This document shows, in pieces, positions 1 through 10,600 of a DNA stretch of 64,000 nt. The position numbers were made by a program, and so were the translations under genes. Under the pieces are notes generated by a model, which saw only the letters and a program-made list of their open reading frames with translations, was not told the DNA's origin and did not search any database. The first letter of the stretch is position 1. Each line of letters begins with the position of its first letter. Origin of the DNA: Tabrizicola sp. (GTDB taxonomy: Bacteria; Pseudomonadota; Alphaproteobacteria; Rhodobacterales; Rhodobacteraceae); NCBI RefSeq assembly GCF_041911175.1, contig NZ_JAYRPN010000071.1:5854-69853 (forward strand), written 5' to 3'.

Positions 1-389
<389 letters not shown>

Positions 390-394
390 TCACA

Positions 395-1315
395 ATGCAG
401 CGCGACCGGATGGACGATCTCGTCACCTTTGCCGTGGTCGCGCGCGAACGCAGCTTCACCCGCGCCGCAGCGCAGCTCGGGGTCTCGGCCTCGGCCCTCA
501 GCCAGACCCTGCGCAAGCTGGAGGATCGGCTGGGCATCCGGCTGCTCACACGCACGACGCGCAGCGTGTCACCCACCGAAGCCGGGCAGCGTCTCTTGGC
601 GACGATCCTGCCGCGGTTTGATGAAATCCGAACCGAGCTTGATCGCCTTTCGATCTACCGTGACACGCCTGCCGGTACGATCCGCATCACCGCCAGCGAA
701 TATGCCGCCGAAAGGGTCCTCTGGCCGCGGCTCGCTCCGGTGCTGCGCGCCAATCCCGACATCACGCTGGAGATCTCCATCGACCACGGCTTTCGTGACA
801 TCGTGGCCGACGGCTTCGATGCCGGGGTCCGGCTGGGCGAAAGCGTGGAAAGGGACATGATCGCGGTCAGGATCGGCCCCGATGCGCGTCTGGTGGCCGT
901 GGCGACGCCCGCCTATTTCGCGACCGTCCCGCCGCCGGTGACGCCGAACGACCTGACCGCCCACCGCTGCATCAACCTGCGTTTCGTCTCCACGAGCGCG
1001 CTCTATGCGTGGGAGTTCCGGAAGGGCGACCAGACGCTGCGGGCCAGGGTCAGCGGACAGATCATCTCGAACTCGATCAACGCCTGTCTCACCGCCACTC
1101 TCGACGGCTTCGGCATCGGCTTCCTGCCCGAGGATCTGGTGGCCCCTGCCATCGCCACCGGCGCGCTGGTTCAGGTGCTCGACGACTGGTCCCCGACCTT
1201 TCCCGGCCTGCACCTCTACTATCCCAGCCGCCGCCAGACCTCTCCCGCGTTCCGGCTGGTCCTCGACGCCCTGCGCTACCCGAAAGGCGCTTCGCCAAAC
1301 CTTACCAAATCCTGA
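395..1315 (+). CDS. LysR-family transcriptional regulator (CrgA/PgrR-like)
   Basis: N-terminal HTH (SFTRAAAQLGVSASALSQ..LE.RLG.RLL.RTTRSVSPTEAG) plus substrate-binding domain. Confidence 0.92.
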   Translation: MQRDRMDDLVTFAVVARERSFTRAAAQLGVSASALSQTLRKLEDRLGIRLLTRTTRSVSPTEAGQRLLATILPRFDEIRTELDRLSIYRDTPAGTIRITASEYAAERVLWPRLAPVLRANPDITLEISIDHGFRDIVADGFDAGVRLGESVERDMIAVRIGPDARLVAVATPAYFATVPPPVTPNDLTAHRCINLRFVSTSALYAWEFRKGDQTLRARVSGQIISNSINACLTATLDGFGIGFLPEDLVAPAIATGALVQVLDDWSPTFPGLHLYYPSRRQTSPAFRLVLDALRYPKGASPNLTKS

Positions 1316-1372
1316 ACGTCCACACGCAAGTCCTTGATTTTGGCGGCCCCGAATTTATGTCCACCGTGGACA
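1295..1372 (-). repeat. ~80-bp dispersed element, copy 1 (palindrome TGTCCACCGTGGACA at 1358-1372)
   Basis: Aligns by eye with copies at 5246, 29471 and 34333; shares GTGGACGTTCAGGATTTGG with copy 4. Confidence 0.8.
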
Positions 1373-1380
1373 GCTTCGGC

Positions 1381-2160
1381 TCACGCCGCGATCTCCACCC
1401 AGACCGGCACATGGTCGCTCGGCTTCTCGCCCCCCCGGACCGCCTTGTCGATCCCCGCCGCCTCCAGCCGGTCCGCCGCCTGTGGCGACAGCATCACATG
1501 GTCGATCCGGATGCCGTTGTTCCGCTCCCAGGCCCCCGCCTGATAGTCCCAGAAGGTGTAGACCCCGCGCGAGGGGTCGCTCACCCGCACCGCATCGGTC
1601 AGCCCCAGGTTCGCCAGCCGCCGGAACGCCCCCCGGCTCTCCGGCAGGAAGAGGGCATCCCCGACCCAGGCCTCCGGCCTTGCCGCATCCACCGCCTGCG
1701 GGATCACGTTGTAGTCGCCCAGGCAGACGAACGGCTCTTCCGAGGCCAGCAGCTCCCGCACCCGTGCCTCCATCCGCGCCATCCAGGCGAGCTTGTAGTC
1801 ATATTTGGGCCCCGGCGCCGGGTTGCCGTTCGGCAGGTAGAGGCCGCAGACCCGCACCGGCCGCCCCGCATCGACCACCGCCTCGATCCAGCGCGCCTGC
1901 TCGTCGCTGTCATTGCCGGGTAACCCCCGCCGCACATCCGACAAGGGCAGCTTCGACAGGATCGCCACCCCGTTGAACCCCTTCTGCCCCTGCGTCTCGA
2001 CCCGGTAGCCCATCCCCTCGAACAGCTCGCGCGGGAAGGCCTCGTCCACCGACTTGATCTCCTGCAGGCAGACCACGTCCGGCGCCGCCTGCGCCAGCCA
2101 GGCGGGCAGCGCCTCGGCCCTGGCCTTGATCCCGTTGATGTTGAATGTCGCAAGCTTCAT
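1381..2160 (-). CDS. xth: Exodeoxyribonuclease III
   Basis: Motifs ATFNING, CLQEIK, GDYNV, RIDH, SDH of the ExoIII/APE family. Confidence 0.93.
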   Translation of the reverse strand: MKLATFNINGIKARAEALPAWLAQAAPDVVCLQEIKSVDEAFPRELFEGMGYRVETQGQKGFNGVAILSKLPLSDVRRGLPGNDSDEQARWIEAVVDAGRPVRVCGLYLPNGNPAPGPKYDYKLAWMARMEARVRELLASEEPFVCLGDYNVIPQAVDAARPEAWVGDALFLPESRGAFRRLANLGLTDAVRVSDPSRGVYTFWDYQAGAWERNNGIRIDHVMLSPQAADRLEAAGIDKAVRGGEKPSDHVPVWVEIAA

Positions 2161-2206
2161 GGCCCGGCCCTCCGCCCGGCCACCCTAGGCCGCACCCGGC
2201 CCCAGC

Positions 2207-2923
2207 TCAACCCGTCTGCCGCAAGGGCAGCGTCGCCGCCTGCAGCCACAGCGCATCCAGCCGGTCGAGTGCGACAGGATCGAACCGCCCCGGCTCCTCC
2301 CAATAGCGGCCCGAGGGCACCAGGTAGCCAAGCTCCGCCTCCAGCGCCAAGGCCTCCGCCGCAAGCTCCGGGCACCACGCCCCCGGCCGCGCCGAGGCCA
2401 CCGCCTTCCGCGAAACCCGGGGCAGGACCAGCCGCGACGGTCCGAAGGACAGGTTCACCACGGCAGCGCCTTGCATCGCCGCCAGCACCCGCCAGCGCGC
2501 CGACTTTGCCTCCAGCGACCGCAGCGTGATGTCCTCCCGCAAGGGGTCCGCCGACCCGGTGCCGTAGAAATGCGTCGGTCCCGTTGCGGGGTAGTGCATG
2601 TCGCAGCCATAGACCGCGATCACCGAAGGCCGCAGCGCGTGCAGCGCCCAGTACCCCGCCGTGAAGGCCATCGTCGCGCCCGCATAGACGAAACCTCCAC
2701 AGGCATTCTGCGCCGGCACGAACTCGGCCTCGGTCACGATCCGCTGGCCCGGCCCGGCCACCGCCTGCCGCTCCACCGGGAAATCGAAGGGATGGATTGC
2801 CACGTCCCAATCCGGCCTGATCCGCCATGCATTGTTGATCGCCAGCACCAGGTCGAACGGCTCCCGCCGCCAGAGCGCCGCTTCCGCCGCCATCGGCGCC
2901 GAGCCGAGCATCAACACCCGCAT
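2207..2923 (-). CDS. Conserved hypothetical protein, possible glycosyltransferase/MptE-like Rossmann fold
   Basis: Globular-looking ORF starting MRVLMLGSAP with LAINNAW and IAVYGCDMHY motifs. Confidence 0.6.
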   Translation of the reverse strand: MRVLMLGSAPMAAEAALWRREPFDLVLAINNAWRIRPDWDVAIHPFDFPVERQAVAGPGQRIVTEAEFVPAQNACGGFVYAGATMAFTAGYWALHALRPSVIAVYGCDMHYPATGPTHFYGTGSADPLREDITLRSLEAKSARWRVLAAMQGAAVVNLSFGPSRLVLPRVSRKAVASARPGAWCPELAAEALALEAELGYLVPSGRYWEEPGRFDPVALDRLDALWLQAATLPLRQTG

Positions 2924-2980
2924 GATCGCCCTCCCTGTTCCGCGCAAAGCTAGCGCGCCAGGCTGGCACGGCCAGAGGGG

Positions 2981-3313
2981 TCAGAGCGAAAAGCTTGTCC
3001 CGCAGCCGCAGCTGGTCTTGGCGTTGGGGTTTTCCACCACGAACCGCGCGCCGATCAGCTCGTCGGTGAAGTCGATCACGGCGTTCGACAGGAAGGGCAG
3101 GCTGACCTGATCGACCAGCACCTTTTGCCCGTCCTTTTCCAGCACCAGATCATCCGCCGCCGGATCGTCCAGCGTGATCGAATACTGGAAGCCCGAACAG
3201 CCGCCGCCATCCACCGCCACGCGCAAGGGGCGGGCATCGCCGGTCGCTTCGGCAATCTCGGCCAGCCGCGCAAAGGCGCGATCCGTGACTTTCGGCGGCA
3301 GCGTCAGTTCCAT
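2981..3313 (-). CDS. erpA: HesB/IscA-family Fe-S cluster insertion protein
   Basis: GGGCSGFQY and TSCGCGTSF motifs; position between xth and dgt. Confidence 0.9.
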   Translation of the reverse strand: MELTLPPKVTDRAFARLAEIAEATGDARPLRVAVDGGGCSGFQYSITLDDPAADDLVLEKDGQKVLVDQVSLPFLSNAVIDFTDELIGARFVVENPNAKTSCGCGTSFSL

Positions 3314-3384
3314 GACTGTTCCCGTATCCTTCGGCTTGCCCGGCAAATATATGGAACCCGACCCGCCTGAACAAGGACAGCCCG

Positions 3385-4569
3385 ATGCTTCAGCCCTTCG
3401 CCTGCCAACCCGATGCCAGCCGCGGCAGGCTCTGGCCGGAACGGCTGTCCTCCTTCCGCTCGCCCTACCAGCGCGATCGCGACCGGATCATCCATTCCTC
3501 CGCCTTCCGCCGGTTGAAGCACAAGACGCAGGTCTTCGTCGAACATGAAGGCGATTACTACCGCACCCGCCTGACCCATACCATCGAGGTGGCACAGGTC
3601 GCCCGCACCATCGCCGGGGTGCTGGGGCTGAACACCGACCTCGCGGAAGCCGTCGCCCTGGCGCATGACCTTGGCCATACCCCCTTCGGCCATACCGGCG
3701 AAGACGCGATGGAGCGGCTGATGGCGCCCTATGGCGGCTTCGACCACAATGCCCAGGCCTTGCGGATCGTGACCAGGCTGGAACGCCATTACGCCGATTT
3801 CGACGGGTTGAACCTCACCTGGGAAACCCTTGAAGGCATTGCCAAACATAACGGCCCAGTGGCCGGCCCCAACGCCGATGCGAAGCACGACGGCCCGCTG
3901 CCCTATGCGCTGGCCGAAGTGAATGCCCTGTGGGACCTGGAGCTTGACACCCATGCGTCGGCGGAAGCGCAGGTCGCCGCCATCGCCGACGACGTCGCCT
4001 ATTCCCACCATGACCTGCACGACGGCCTGCGCTCCGGCCTCTTCACCGAGGTCGACCTGATGGAGCTGCCCGTCACCGGCCCCGCCTTCGAGGAGGTGGA
4101 CCGTCTCTATCCCGATCTCGACAGGATGCGCCGTCGCCACGAAGCCCTGCGCCGGGTCTTCGGTCGCATGGTCGAGGATGTCATCGCCGTCGCGCAGAAC
4201 CGGCTGGCCAGCGCCCAGCCGAAATCGGTCGACGACATCCGCCACATGGGCACCACGATCATCCGCTTCTCAAAGCCGCTCTATCAGGACCTGAAGGCGG
4301 TGCGCAGCTTCCTGTTCCACCGCATGTACCGCGCGCCTTCGGTCATGGCGGTGCGGGCCGAGGTGACGCGGATGGTCGATGACCTGTTTCCGCTGTTCCT
4401 GCGCCAGCCCGACCTGTTGCCGCCGGAATGGCAGGCCGACGTGGCCGCCGCGCGGGATGAAACCCATCTTGCGAGGGTCGTCGCCGACTATGTCGCGGGG
4501 ATGACCGACCGCTTCGCGATCCAGGAGCACCAGCGGCTGTTCGGCGGAACAATCCCACCCCGGGCCTGA
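3385..4569 (+). CDS. dgt: Deoxyguanosinetriphosphate triphosphohydrolase (HD domain)
   Basis: RDRDRIIHSSAFRRLKHKTQVF, RTRLTHTIEV, AHDLGHTPFGH, YVAGMTDRFA. Confidence 0.93.
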   Translation: MLQPFACQPDASRGRLWPERLSSFRSPYQRDRDRIIHSSAFRRLKHKTQVFVEHEGDYYRTRLTHTIEVAQVARTIAGVLGLNTDLAEAVALAHDLGHTPFGHTGEDAMERLMAPYGGFDHNAQALRIVTRLERHYADFDGLNLTWETLEGIAKHNGPVAGPNADAKHDGPLPYALAEVNALWDLELDTHASAEAQVAAIADDVAYSHHDLHDGLRSGLFTEVDLMELPVTGPAFEEVDRLYPDLDRMRRRHEALRRVFGRMVEDVIAVAQNRLASAQPKSVDDIRHMGTTIIRFSKPLYQDLKAVRSFLFHRMYRAPSVMAVRAEVTRMVDDLFPLFLRQPDLLPPEWQADVAAARDETHLARVVADYVAGMTDRFAIQEHQRLFGGTIPPRA

Positions 4570-4616
4570 GCTGCGGCCTCTGCGGATGAAGCGAGGTCCC
4601 GGGTCAGGCCCGGGAC
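4558..4616. repeat. REP-like degenerate inverted repeat pair; includes hairpin GTCCCGGG-tcagg-CCCGGGAC (4596-4616)
   Basis: cccgggcctgagctgcggcctc is an imperfect inverted copy of gaggtcccgggtcaggcccggg; lies between convergent dgt and dsbB and carries the dgt stop codon. Confidence 0.6.
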
Positions 4617-4627
4617 GGGGTCTTTCT

Positions 4628-5098
4628 TCAGGCAGCCCGCGCCGCCTTGACCCAGATCCCGGCCAGGACCAGCGAGAGGATCGCGTTCCACCCGGCCATC
4701 GAGATCCCCAGCATCTGCCAGGCGATGGCGTCGCAGCGCACCACGGCCGCCACATCCTTCGACGGGTCAAGAAGGTCGGCAGTCGAGATGCCTTCGATGG
4801 ATCCGGCCGTGCAGCTTGCCAGCCCTTCCCACCATTTCTGCTCGACGCCGACGTGGAAGATGCCGATGCCGGCTGTCACCAGCGCCGCGATCACCCCCAG
4901 CCAGGCCAGCCCGCGCCAGCCGGTGGTCAGCGCCACCACCCCGATCAGGATCGCTGCGGCATGCGGCCAGCGTTGCCAGAGGCACAGCTGGCAGGGCGCC
5001 ATTCCACCGATGTACTGGAAGGCAAAGGCCCCGCCCAGAAGTGCGACCGAGCCAAGGGTTGCCAGAAGGATCAGGGTCGGGCGGGTCAGGGTCATCAT
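4628..5098 (-). CDS. dsbB: Disulfide bond formation protein B
   Basis: Membrane protein with PCQLCLWQRWP and a second periplasmic Cys pair (SCT...VRCD). Confidence 0.88.
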   Translation of the reverse strand: MMTLTRPTLILLATLGSVALLGGAFAFQYIGGMAPCQLCLWQRWPHAAAILIGVVALTTGWRGLAWLGVIAALVTAGIGIFHVGVEQKWWEGLASCTAGSIEGISTADLLDPSKDVAAVVRCDAIAWQMLGISMAGWNAILSLVLAGIWVKAARAA

Positions 5099-5245
5099 CG
5101 GCTCTTCGCTGCTTGGAAATTGCGTCGCGACCATAGGCCGGGCGCTGCGGAAGGGGAAGGGGATGCAGGCGGCGCTCCCGCTTTCGTGCATTCGCGCTTC
5201 CGAAGCGACGGGGCAGCGGATAGGATTTCGCGGAAAGGGTCTGCG

Positions 5246-5324
5246 GCACGGGTTAAGGATTCGTGAACGCCCGCGACCAAGGTATTGATTTTGCAAGAGT
5301 ATGGTCGCTTGTCCACTGTGGACA
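5246..5324 (-). repeat. ~80-bp dispersed element, copy 2 (palindrome TGTCCACTGTGGACA at 5310-5324), most divergent copy
   Basis: Same block order and spacing as copies 1, 3 and 4 (AAAATCAA block, then GCGGGCGTTCA 50 bp from the palindrome start). Confidence 0.65.
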
Positions 5325-5351
5325 GGGACGGACCGGGGGAAGGGTGAAGGC

Positions 5352-6209
5352 ATGCAGTGGCGCGGTCGCAGGGAAAGTTCCAACATCGAGGACCGCCGCA
5401 GCATGGGCGGCGGAGCGGCCCGGATCGGCGGGATCGGCGGGGCGGGGGCCATCGTCGTCTTCCTGATCGCCATGTTCCTCGGCGTCGATCCCAGCCAGCT
5501 TCTCGGCCCCGGCGGGATGGACCAGGGCACCGGCGGGGCCCCGGTCGAGCTGACCGAGCAGGACAAGGCCGAGGGCCAGTTCGTCTCGGTCGTCCTTGCC
5601 GACACCGAGGAAATCTGGACCCGCGTCTTCAAGGAGCAGCTGAACCGGACCTATACCCCCGCGACGCTGGTCCTCTTCAAGGACGCGACCCCCTCGGCCT
5701 GTGGCGGCGCGTCCGAGGCGACGGGTCCGTTCTACTGCCCGATGGACAAGAAGGTCTACCTCGACACCGGCTTCTTCACGACGCTGCACCAGCGCCTCGG
5801 CGCCAGCGGCGACTTCGCGGCAGCCTACGTCGTCGCCCACGAGATCGGCCACCACGTCCAGGACGAACTTGGCATCCTCTCCAAGGCCAACGAGATCCGG
5901 CAGCAAGTAAGCCAGGAGGAATCGAACGCGATCTCGGTGCAGATCGAGCTGCAGGCCGACTGCCTCTCCGGCATCTGGGCGCGCGAGGCGGCGCAGACCT
6001 TGGGCACCATCGAGCGCGGCGACCTCGAAGAGGCGGTGAACGCCGCCAAGCAGATCGGCGACGACACCCTGCAACGCAACGCCGGCCAGCGCCCGATGCC
6101 GCACACCTTCACCCACGGCACGTCCGAGCAACGCTCGCGCTGGTTCATGATCGGGCTGCAGTCCGGCAAGCTGGCCGATTGCGACACCTTCCAGGCCGAG
6201 AACCTCTGA
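5352..6209 (+). CDS. Neutral zinc metallopeptidase (YpfJ family)
   Basis: MQWRGRRESSNIEDRR start, GPFYCP.D, HEIGHHVQ, ELQADC, FTHGTSEQR. Confidence 0.9.
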   Translation: MQWRGRRESSNIEDRRSMGGGAARIGGIGGAGAIVVFLIAMFLGVDPSQLLGPGGMDQGTGGAPVELTEQDKAEGQFVSVVLADTEEIWTRVFKEQLNRTYTPATLVLFKDATPSACGGASEATGPFYCPMDKKVYLDTGFFTTLHQRLGASGDFAAAYVVAHEIGHHVQDELGILSKANEIRQQVSQEESNAISVQIELQADCLSGIWAREAAQTLGTIERGDLEEAVNAAKQIGDDTLQRNAGQRPMPHTFTHGTSEQRSRWFMIGLQSGKLADCDTFQAENL

Positions 6210-6264
6210 CGGTTGCGGTCCGCATTGACGCGGGCCGCAGCAGGTTCTAAACGGGACCCCGGTG

Positions 6265-6348
6265 GCCCGAGTGGTGGAATGGTAGACGCAGGGGATTCAA
6301 AATCCTCCGCCGCAAGGCTTGCGAGTTCGAGTCTCGCCTCGGGCACCA
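6265..6348 (+). tRNA. tRNA-Leu (anticodon CAA), CCA encoded
   Basis: Acceptor stem GCCCGAG/CTCGGGC+ACCA, D-loop GGAATGGTAGAC, anticodon arm GGGGA-TTCAAAA-TCCTC, long variable arm, T-loop GTTCGAGTC. Confidence 0.96.
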
Positions 6349-6831
6349 CATCCCTCGAATCGTTGGTACTTTGAGCGGCAGGCTGGCCGTTCGATTCGCT
6401 CCCCCCGATCCGAATCCGGGCCAGTCTCAGCGCAAATGGCCGTTTTGGATTCCGGGCAGAAACACTGGCTTTGCCGGCCATCGGCACTGCCGGATTTTCC
6501 ATGTCGTCGGCATAAACAATTCAAAGTTGAGTCATATGCATCAGCTCTCAAATTGTAGGGCGATTGCGGGCACACGCCATGATTGAAAGGCGGGCTAAAG
6601 TAAATGGTTAGGGATGGTCCCTGCGAATTGACTTGAAACAGGGCAAACGTGATGGGCCGTCATGGGCGGCCCGATCAGCGGAAGATTACACGCGTCGGCT
6701 GAATTCCGCTGGTGTTGTCCTTGATTGGAAACGTCTTTTTTACTTTTCTCGCCCTGCGGAACCCGGGTATCCAGAAAGGGTAGTACTCTTGGTGTCGGCA
6801 GCGTCGGCACCGGCATGAAAGTGATAGAGCG

Positions 6832-7482
6832 ATGTCCATTGGTGACGCCATCCCCGCGCCCTGCGTTCCCGTCGACGCCGCCAAGGCGCCACGTTGCACA
6901 CCCTGCTTCACACCCGGGACGCTGATCACCACGCAGCGCGGCGAGATGCCGGTCGAACTGATCTCGGCAGGAGACCGCGTCGTGACCCGCGACAACGGCA
7001 TCCAGACCGTGCGCTGGGTCGGAAAGACCCAGATGTTCCTGCACGATTTCCAGTCCGAGCCGCATCTTCTGCCGGTCTTCATCCAGCAGGGCTCGCTGGG
7101 CAAGGGCCTGCCCGAGCGCGACATGATGGTCTCGCCCAACCACCGCGTGCTGGTCGCCAACACCCGCGCCACGGTGCGCTATACCGACCGCGAAGTCCTG
7201 GTCGCCGCCAAGCACCTGGCGGCCCAGGGGGTGCATACCGTGCAGTCCAGCGGCACGACCTATGTGCATTTCATGTGCGACCGGCACGAGGTCGTGCTGT
7301 CGAACGGCATCTGGACCGAGAGCTTCCACCCCGAGGACACCTCGCTGAAAGGGATCGGCAATGCGCAGCGGCTGGAAATCTTCGAGATTTTCCCCGAGCT
7401 GAAGACCGAGGCCGGGCGTGCCGCCTATGGCCAGAGCCGACGCATTGCCGAAGGGATGCAGCTGGCCGAAGCCATCGCGTGA
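6832..7482 (+). CDS. Stand-alone Hint (BIL type B-like) domain protein
   Basis: CFTPGTLITT..G...VE.I..GDRVVTRDNG.Q.VRWVG; SPNHRVL; YVHFMCDRHEVV..NGIWTESF. Confidence 0.9.
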   Translation: MSIGDAIPAPCVPVDAAKAPRCTPCFTPGTLITTQRGEMPVELISAGDRVVTRDNGIQTVRWVGKTQMFLHDFQSEPHLLPVFIQQGSLGKGLPERDMMVSPNHRVLVANTRATVRYTDREVLVAAKHLAAQGVHTVQSSGTTYVHFMCDRHEVVLSNGIWTESFHPEDTSLKGIGNAQRLEIFEIFPELKTEAGRAAYGQSRRIAEGMQLAEAIA

Positions 7483-7670
7483 CCCCTGAATTTCGTAGCG
7501 ACTTTGTTAACAGATTGTGCAATAGCGTTACTTGGACGGCTATCCGAAAGGTAGCCTGAAGAACGCGACCGGATCCGACGTCAATATAATGGCGCAAAGC
7601 TTTCCGTGTTTGGTCATGGATCAGACATGAAGGCTGACTATCCGGAAGCCGCGAACAGGGGCAGAACAGA

Positions 7671-10600
7671 ATGGCGACAGTTGTAGGCACAACCGGGAAC
7701 GAGACCCTTCTCGGGAATGATACCGTAGCCGACTCGATCTGGGGCAATAGCGGCACCGACATCATTTATGGCGGCACAGCGGCTGGAACCGGCGGCGGCA
7801 ATGACTTGCTCGACGGTGGTGCCGGGGCTGACGTCATTTATGGCGGCGACGGCAACGACACGCTGATCGGCGGCAACGACACCCTCAACGATACCCTGTT
7901 CGGCGGCGCCGGTACCGACACTGCAGACTACAGCCGCTACCTCACAGCGCTTAGCTCAGGGAGCAGCACGTTTGCGACCAACTCGACCGCCGTCAACGTG
8001 AACCTTGCCACCGGCATTGCAACCGGGCTGGGCACTGACAGTCTTTCCGGGATCGAGAACGTCATCGGCGGCTCGGGCGCCGACACCATCACGGGCGACA
8101 CCCTTGCCAACCGTCTCGACGGCGGCGCCGGGGCCGACCTTATCGACGGTGGCGCAGGGGCCGACTCGCTTTTCGGCGGCACCGGGAATGACACGCTGAT
8201 CGGCGGTGCCGGCAGTGACAGCCTGGACGGCGGGGCCGACTTCGACATTGCCAGCTATGCCACGTCCACCGCCAACATGACCATCACCCTGGGCGGCACC
8301 GCTACGGGTGACGGATCAACGGATACGCTGACTTCCATCGAAGGGGTCATCGGTGGTTCGGGGAACGACACCATCACGGGCGATAGCAGTGCCAACCGTC
8401 TTGAAGGCGGCGACGGCAATGACATCATCGATGGTGCTGGTGGAAGCGACACGCTCTACGGTGACGCCGGGGACGACACGGTTTATGGCGGCACCACAAA
8501 CGCTGCCGATTTCATCTATGGCGGCAACGGAAACGATCTGCTGTTCGGATATGGCGGGGCCGACAGCGTCTATGGCGACGCCGGAAATGACACCCTGTTC
8601 GGCGGCAGTGGCGGCGACCGATTGGACGGCGGCGCGGATTTCGACTTCGTCAACTATTCCGACGTCAGCTCGGACATGACGATCAACCTGACAAGCGGGT
8701 CTGTGTCCGGTGATGGAGCGGATACCCTTGTCAGCATCGAAGGCGTCATCGGCGGCACGGGCGACGACACCATCACCGGCGACGGTGTTGCCAACGTGCT
8801 TGACGGTGGTGCGGGGGCGGACTCCCTCTCGGGCGCCGCCGGGAACGACACCCTTTATGGCGCTGCCGGAAACGACACGATCTATGGCGGCGCGGACGCT
8901 GACCTTGTGTATGGCGGGGACGATCAGGACCGGCTCTATGGCAATGACGGTCTGGACACGCTTTATGGCGGTCTGGCGAACGACACGCTGGATGGCGGGG
9001 CAGGCGACGATACCCTGGTCGGAGGGGCAGGCGCAGATTCGCTGATTGGCGGGACTGGGACCGATACGGCGGATTACAGCGCGTCGGGCTCTGCCGTTAA
9101 CGTCAACATGAGCGACACACTGGCCGAGAGCGGCGGCGACGCGGCGGGCGACACCCTGTCCGGGATCGAGAATCTGACCGGCAGCAACCTGAACGACACG
9201 CTGACAGGTGACAACGGCGGGAACGTGATCGATGGCGGGGCGAACAGTGACCTTGTCCACGGCGGGGCGGGCAACGACACGCTGATTGGCGGCGCTGGCA
9301 ACGACACCATTGATGGTGGGGTAGACAGTGACACAATATTTGGCGGATCTGGCGACGACCTGCTTTACGGCGGCACCGCTGCACCTGTCGGTACGACATA
9401 CATCATAAACGGCAATTTCGACTCCGGCAGTTCCAACTGGTCGGGCACCGATATCGAGGTCAACCCAGAATCTTCATACCTTTCGCCGGGTACGGCTGGC
9501 AACGTCGCGGAGATTGATGGGAATAGCGGCCAGATCACGGTGATGAAGCAAAGCTTCGTTATCGACGGCGCGTTGACGGCGCAATTGACTTTCAAAGGCA
9601 TCGTTCGGACCGCGGGCACCGTAAATACGGATGGATACCGGGTTGACGTCCTGGATGCGTCTGGTGCCGTGATCGCGACCATGAACGTGCTACCGGGGTC
9701 CAAGACCGTTTGGGCGGATTACACTCTCGGCATAAACTTCCCCGCAGCCGGTACCTACACCCTGCAATTTACCGAACTCGGCAACAACGACAGCACCGGC
9801 GCGTTGGTCGATGACATACAGATCACCTCGACGGCAGTTCTTCAGAACGACCTGGGCGACGCGCTGTATGGCGAGGCAGGGAATGACACGCTCTACGGCG
9901 AGGCTGGGGCCGACATTGTCTCCGGCGGCGACAATGCGGACCTCGCCTATGGCGGGACCGAGGCCGACACGATCTACGGCGACGCCGGGAACGATACGCT
10001 CTACGGCGATGCCGGCGATGACCGGCTTTTCGGCGGTGACAACAGCGACCTGGCTTATGGCGGCGTTGGTCTGGATACCTTGTATGGTGATGCCGGATCC
10101 GACACGCTTTACGGTGGCGACAATGCGGACCTCGCCTATGGCGGAACCGAGGCCGACGCGATCTACGGCGACGCCGGGAACGATACGCTCTACGGCGATG
10201 CTGGTGACGACACGCTCTATGGCGGAGCGGGCAACGACAGCCTGGAGGCCGGGGTCGGGAACGATGTCACCTATGGCGACGACGGCGACGACACGATCCG
10301 CTACGGCTCGGGCGATGACACCGTCTATGGCGGGGCGGGCAACGACAACATCGACGATGAGTCCGGGACCACCCATGCCGGAGCGAACCTGCTTTATGGC
10401 GGCGCAGGGAACGATACGATCTGGGCTGGCGAAAATGACGATACGCTTCATGGCGACGCGGGCAACGATACCCTGTACGGCGAGAACGGGAACGACCGGT
10501 TTTACGGCGGAGCCAATGATGATCTTCTGATCGGCGGAACCGGCAACGACACGCTTTATGGCGGTGCGGGGCTGGACGACATCTACGCTGGCGATGATCG

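Noticed and set aside
6638-6680. ACAGGGCAAAC resembling the start of a c-di-GMP-I (GEMM) riboswitch upstream of the small Hint gene
   Set aside because: No GNRA-capped stem and no GACGCAAAGC segment follow in the required arrangement
7534-7650. GAAA-tetraloop hairpin plus GCGCAAAGC before the RTX-Hint gene, also suggestive of GEMM-I
   Set aside because: The two parts are about 40 nt apart, the GGCAAA internal loop and tetraloop receptor are absent, and a TATAAT lies between them
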